A DNA stretch of 64,000 nt from Nitrospirota bacterium. Lineage in GTDB: Bacteria; Nitrospirota; UBA9217. Location: NCBI GenBank assembly GCA_963840455.1, contig CAWIYV010000007.1:64001-128000 (forward strand), in the 5' to 3' direction. A program made the translations under genes and the position numbers. Under the pieces are notes generated by a model, which was not told where the DNA came from, searched no databases, and saw only the letters and a list, made by a program, of their open reading frames with translations. This document shows positions 61,170-64,000 of the stretch, piece after piece (positions within the stretch are counted from its first letter, which is position 1; each line of letters opens with the position of its first letter).

Positions 61170-61594
61170 CGCGTAAGACGCTGAAGGCCTATGCCGGCTG
61201 GTCGCGAAAGTTCCAGATCTACCTGAAGAACAAGCCGCCCCAGGACCTGTCAGCTGATGATGTGAAGTCCTATCTGACCCATCTCGCCGTCCAGTGCAAA
61301 GTGTCGGCGTCTACCCAGAACCAGGCCTTCAACTCGCTCCTGTTCCTATTCCGGCACATACTGAAGCGGGACTTTGGCGACCACAAGGACATTCCGCGAG
61401 CAAAGCGTTCGAGCTATATCCCCGTGGGGCTCACGCGCCAGGAGATCGATTCGGTCCTTCAGCATCTGACGCCCTCCTCTGACCTGGTCGTGAAGCTCCT
61501 GTACGGGTGCGGCCTGCGGCTTTTCGAGTGCGCCAAGCTTCGTCTCGAAAATTTCAATATCGAGGCAACATGGTTGCCCGAATAATAAGATTTC

Positions 61595-62071
61595 ACCGCG
61601 AAGGCGCGAAGGACGCGAGGACGTCCATAGGAGGGACCCAGTGAGAGATATCGAAACTATCGCCTCAAAGATCGTTGCAGCTGCAATGAAAGTCCATACT
61701 GTTCTGGGCCCAGGCTTGTTGGAATCAGCCTATCAGAAATGTATGCAATATGAATTGCAGAAAGACGGGTTAAAGGTAGCGTGTGAAGCGGCTTTGCCGA
61801 TCGTTTATGAAAAGATAACCATTGATGCGGGTTATCGAATTGATATGATGGCAGATGACATGATTATCATCGAAAATATAACGGTGGAAAAACTGCTGCC
61901 GATCCATGAGGCTCAATTGCTGACATATTTGAAGCTGAGAAGCTGCAAGCTGGATTCCTTCTTAACTGGAATGTACCGCGTAGGAAAGATGGTATCAAGA
62001 GGATGGTCAACAATCTATGAAGGTTGCGTCTCAATGTTAAGGTTTCCTCGCGTTCCTTGCGCCTTCGCGGT
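61595..62071 (+). mobile_element. GxxExxY element bounded by 27-bp inverted repeats
   Basis: ACCGCGAAGGCGCGAAGGACGCGAGGA (61595-61621) and TCCTCGCGTTCCTTGCGCCTTCGCGGT (62045-62071). Confidence 0.75.
61641..62020 (+). CDS. GxxExxY protein (PD-(D/E)XK-like); 1-nt frameshift near 61953
   Basis: VHTVLGPGLLESAY, GYRID, HEAQLLTYLKL, then the shifted tail FLLNWNV...DGIKRMVNNL*. Confidence 0.9.
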
Positions 62072-62147
62072 AATGAATTGTCTGGCTTCGTTTCGCATGC
62101 CTTCCGCCACCTATCTCCTGCAGGCCAATTACGATATCCGCACCATT

Positions 62148-62259
62148 GAAGCTCCTTGCAGCAAGCTGCAGGGAGTCTTCGATCCTCAAGGTTATAATAT
62201 TTATTCTAATCGCTCGCTCACCCCGCAACTGTCTACAGGGCTTGCTCTCGCTCCTGATT
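62148..62259 (+). mobile_element. TT|C-inserting hairpin element (112 bp) inside intI
   Basis: ACCATT|GAAGCTCC...CTCGCTCCTGATT|CAGGAA; removal gives ACC ATT CAG GAA TTG (TIQEL). Confidence 0.88.
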
Positions 62260-62440
62260 CAGGAATTGCTCGGCCATACCGATGTCCGGACCACGATGAT
62301 CTACACGCACTGCGTGCCGAGCAGGACGATCAAGGAACTGAAAACCCGCTCGATTTCTGAGCGGGCCTTTGGCGGAGCATAACGTGGTTGAAGCCCCGAT
62401 CAAGTTCGGGGTTGGCTCTGCGGCGACAATGTTAAAACAA

Positions 62441-63478
62441 CTAATCCAGCTGCAGGCCGGGCCGCGCGAGGTGATAGTCCAGGGTCTTCCGGAGCGCAGC
62501 CGTGAGGTCCGTGGTCGGCTTCCAGCCGAGGTACTGTTCCATGTTCCTGATGGACGGCACGCGGGTCTGGATGTCCTGGTAGCCTGCGCCATAGTAGTCG
62601 CCCGAGCTCACGGTCACGATCTTCACCGCGTCGGCCATCTTCGCATAGGCGGGATAGGTCCTGATGAGCTTGATGAGCGTCTCGGCAAGCTCCTTGATGG
62701 ACATGTCGTTCTTCGGATTGCCGATGTTGAAGATGCGTCCGTCGGCCGCATTGTCCCTGTTCTCGATGATGCGGTCCAGCGCGTCGATGCCGTCATCGAT
62801 GTAGGTGAAGCTGCGGCGCTGGGCCCCGCCGTCCACGAGCTGAATGTCCTTGCCGCGCAGGATGTTCCCGATGAACTGGGTGAGCACGCGCGAGCTGCCT
62901 TCCTTGGGCTCCAGGATGTTGTCCAGCTTCGGGCCGATCCAGTTGAAGGGCCGGAAGAGGGTGTACCGGAGACCGTGCTTCATGCCGTAGGCGTGGATCA
63001 CGCGGTCCATAAGCTGCTTGGAACAGGAGTAGATCCACCGTGGCTTGTTGATGGGCCCCAGGACGAGGTTCGAGGTCTCTTCGTTGAACTCGGCGTCAGC
63101 GCACATGCCGTACACCTCGGAGGTGGAGGGGAAAACCACCCGCTTTTTGTACTGAACGCATTTCCGGACGATGTCGAGGTTCGCCTCGAAGTCCAGTTCG
63201 AAGACCCGGAGCGGGTCCAGCACGTAGGTCGCGGGCGTCGCGATGGCCACGAGCGGGATGGCCACGTCGCATTTCCGGACATGGTACTCGATCCACTCCT
63301 TGTTGATGGTGATGTCGCCCTCGACGAACCGGAACCGGTCATGGCCCAGGCACTGGTCCAGCTTGTCGCTGGCCATGTCCATGCCGTACACCTCCCAGTC
63401 CCTGTGCTTCAGGATGTGCTCGGTCAGACTGTTTCCGATGAATCCGTTCACGCCGAGGATGAGAACTTTGAGGCTCAT
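62441..63478 (-). CDS. arnA: UDP-glucuronate dehydrogenase/decarboxylase (stand-alone ArnA C-terminal domain)
   Basis: LILGVNGFIG, LVAIATP, FPSTSEVYG, RWIYSCSKQL, FRPFNWIGP, GYQD. Confidence 0.93.
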   Translation of the reverse strand: MSLKVLILGVNGFIGNSLTEHILKHRDWEVYGMDMASDKLDQCLGHDRFRFVEGDITINKEWIEYHVRKCDVAIPLVAIATPATYVLDPLRVFELDFEANLDIVRKCVQYKKRVVFPSTSEVYGMCADAEFNEETSNLVLGPINKPRWIYSCSKQLMDRVIHAYGMKHGLRYTLFRPFNWIGPKLDNILEPKEGSSRVLTQFIGNILRGKDIQLVDGGAQRRSFTYIDDGIDALDRIIENRDNAADGRIFNIGNPKNDMSIKELAETLIKLIRTYPAYAKMADAVKIVTVSSGDYYGAGYQDIQTRVPSIRNMEQYLGWKPTTDLTAALRKTLDYHLARPGLQLD

Positions 63479-63506
63479 GAGGGTCTCCTGATAAACATGC
63501 TTGTTG

Positions 63507-63552
63507 AATTCAGAAGCGAGCGCATTCCCCGTAGCTTGCTGCAGGGAGCTTC
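63507..63552 (-). mobile_element. TT|C-inserting hairpin element, minimal 46-bp form
   Basis: Reverse complement ATT|GAAGCTCCCTGCAGCAAGCTACGGGGAATGCGCTCGCTTCTGAATT|CAAC. Confidence 0.8.
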
Positions 63553-63577
63553 AATGAATCTCGTAATTTTATGAGCG

Positions 63578-63649
63578 CGTCATTCCCGTGCAAACGGCGA
63601 TCCAGTCATGTATCAATGATCCTGGCTTCCCGCTTCCGCTGGAATGACG
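63578..63649. repeat. GTCATTCCCG...GGAATGAC composite palindrome (REP/dRS3-like)
   Basis: CGTCATTCCCGTGCAAACGGCGATCCAG ... CTGGCTTCCCGCTTCCGCTGGAATGACG. Confidence 0.7.
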
Positions 63650-63723
63650 AGAAATATATCGATCAGTATGCATCAGCGGCTTTTCTCTGTGTCCCCGGTG
63701 GTGAACGTTGTCAGGTTTTATCT

Positions 63724-64000
63724 TCAGTCGTGTGGTCTCCCGAGTACCACACCAGTCCTTAGGTCATGGGTCACATCGGCAGCGGATTCTTCGTGGTCGC
63801 CTTCCCACTGGTACCGGGTGATCTCGAGCGACCCTGAACCTGTTGCCACGCGGAGCGGATCGGCCGAAAGGACCGTTCCCGGCTTTCCCTCTCCCCGGCC
63901 GAGCGGCTTTGCCTGCCAGATGAAGAGCCGCTGTTCGTTGAACTCGGTGAACGCACCGGGGTAGGGGTGGGTCACGGCGCGGATGAGATTATATATCCTT
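63724..64000 (-). CDS. Formyltransferase (stand-alone ArnA N-terminal domain), C-terminal part only
   Basis: IYNLIRAVTHPYPGAFT, PGTVLS, VATGSGSL; upstream of the ArnA dehydrogenase domain. Confidence 0.85.
   Translation of the reverse strand, partial: RIYNLIRAVTHPYPGAFTEFNEQRLFIWQAKPLGRGEGKPGTVLSADPLRVATGSGSLEITRYQWEGDHEESAADVTHDLRTGVVLGRPHD

Larger units (their letters stand above)
60556..62360 (+). pseudogene. intI: Integron integrase with N-terminal extension, broken by two hairpin elements and a GxxExxY element
   Basis: Reassembled pieces: IKARHY|SRKTLKAY, VSASTQNQAFNSLLFLF, LLYGCGLRLFE, [gap], ATYLLQANYDIRTI|QELLGHTDVRTTMIYTH; divergent from the attC array. Confidence 0.9.

Noticed and set aside
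61085-62259. Insertions as self-splicing introns or a reversible intI switch
   Set aside because: Too short for group I/II introns, and the central deletion plus the degraded FRH region would leave intI inactive even after excision.
61641-62360. 239-aa GxxExxY fusion ORF
   Set aside because: Produced by a frameshift near 61953 that reads through the inverted repeat, the intI remnant and a hairpin element; the natural stop is at 62018-62020.
62369-63574. 401-aa plus-strand ORF after intI
   Set aside because: Antisense shadow of the ArnA dehydrogenase gene.
1-64000. tRNA, rRNA or riboswitch genes
   Set aside because: None recognisable by eye in the intergenic regions; an Rfam/tRNAscan run would be needed to exclude them.

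Overview
A GC-rich bacterial chromosome segment; gene content and order suggest Nitrospirota or a deltaproteobacterial relative (inference). Layout: dinB (partial) and lexA; a lytic transglycosylase; a ~17 kb surface-glycan locus rich in methyltransferases with many frameshifts, ending in a MarR-type regulator; patatin-glpQ-glpD; an aspartate-family amino-acid cluster (alaC-hom ... apgM-lysC-cimA) carrying a TusA/MoeB/JAMM/MoaD/NIL sulfur-carrier module; housekeeping genes (EF-G-like, M16 peptidases, dut, mutL, terC, miaA, hfq, mtnP, rodZ, copA, gcvT, mtnA); and an integron sitting inside the arn (L-Ara4N) operon, with attI, Pc, four clear attC sites, five cassette units including higBA, and a broken intI. 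The most unusual signal is the small-repeat landscape. (1) A GxxExxY gene flanked by 27-bp inverted repeats made of ~9-bp units has replaced the middle of intI, and six gene-less copies of a closely related arm-loop-arm element lie in intergenic spaces. (2) A 46-112 bp hairpin element (10 copies) inserts at TT|C sites, including twice inside intI, where removing it restores the reading frame. (3) Further periodic arms with 7-, 8-, 9- and 11-bp periods occupy many gene junctions. No rRNA, tRNA or CRISPR array was seen. All calls come from reading the sequence and the ORF track; no searches were run.
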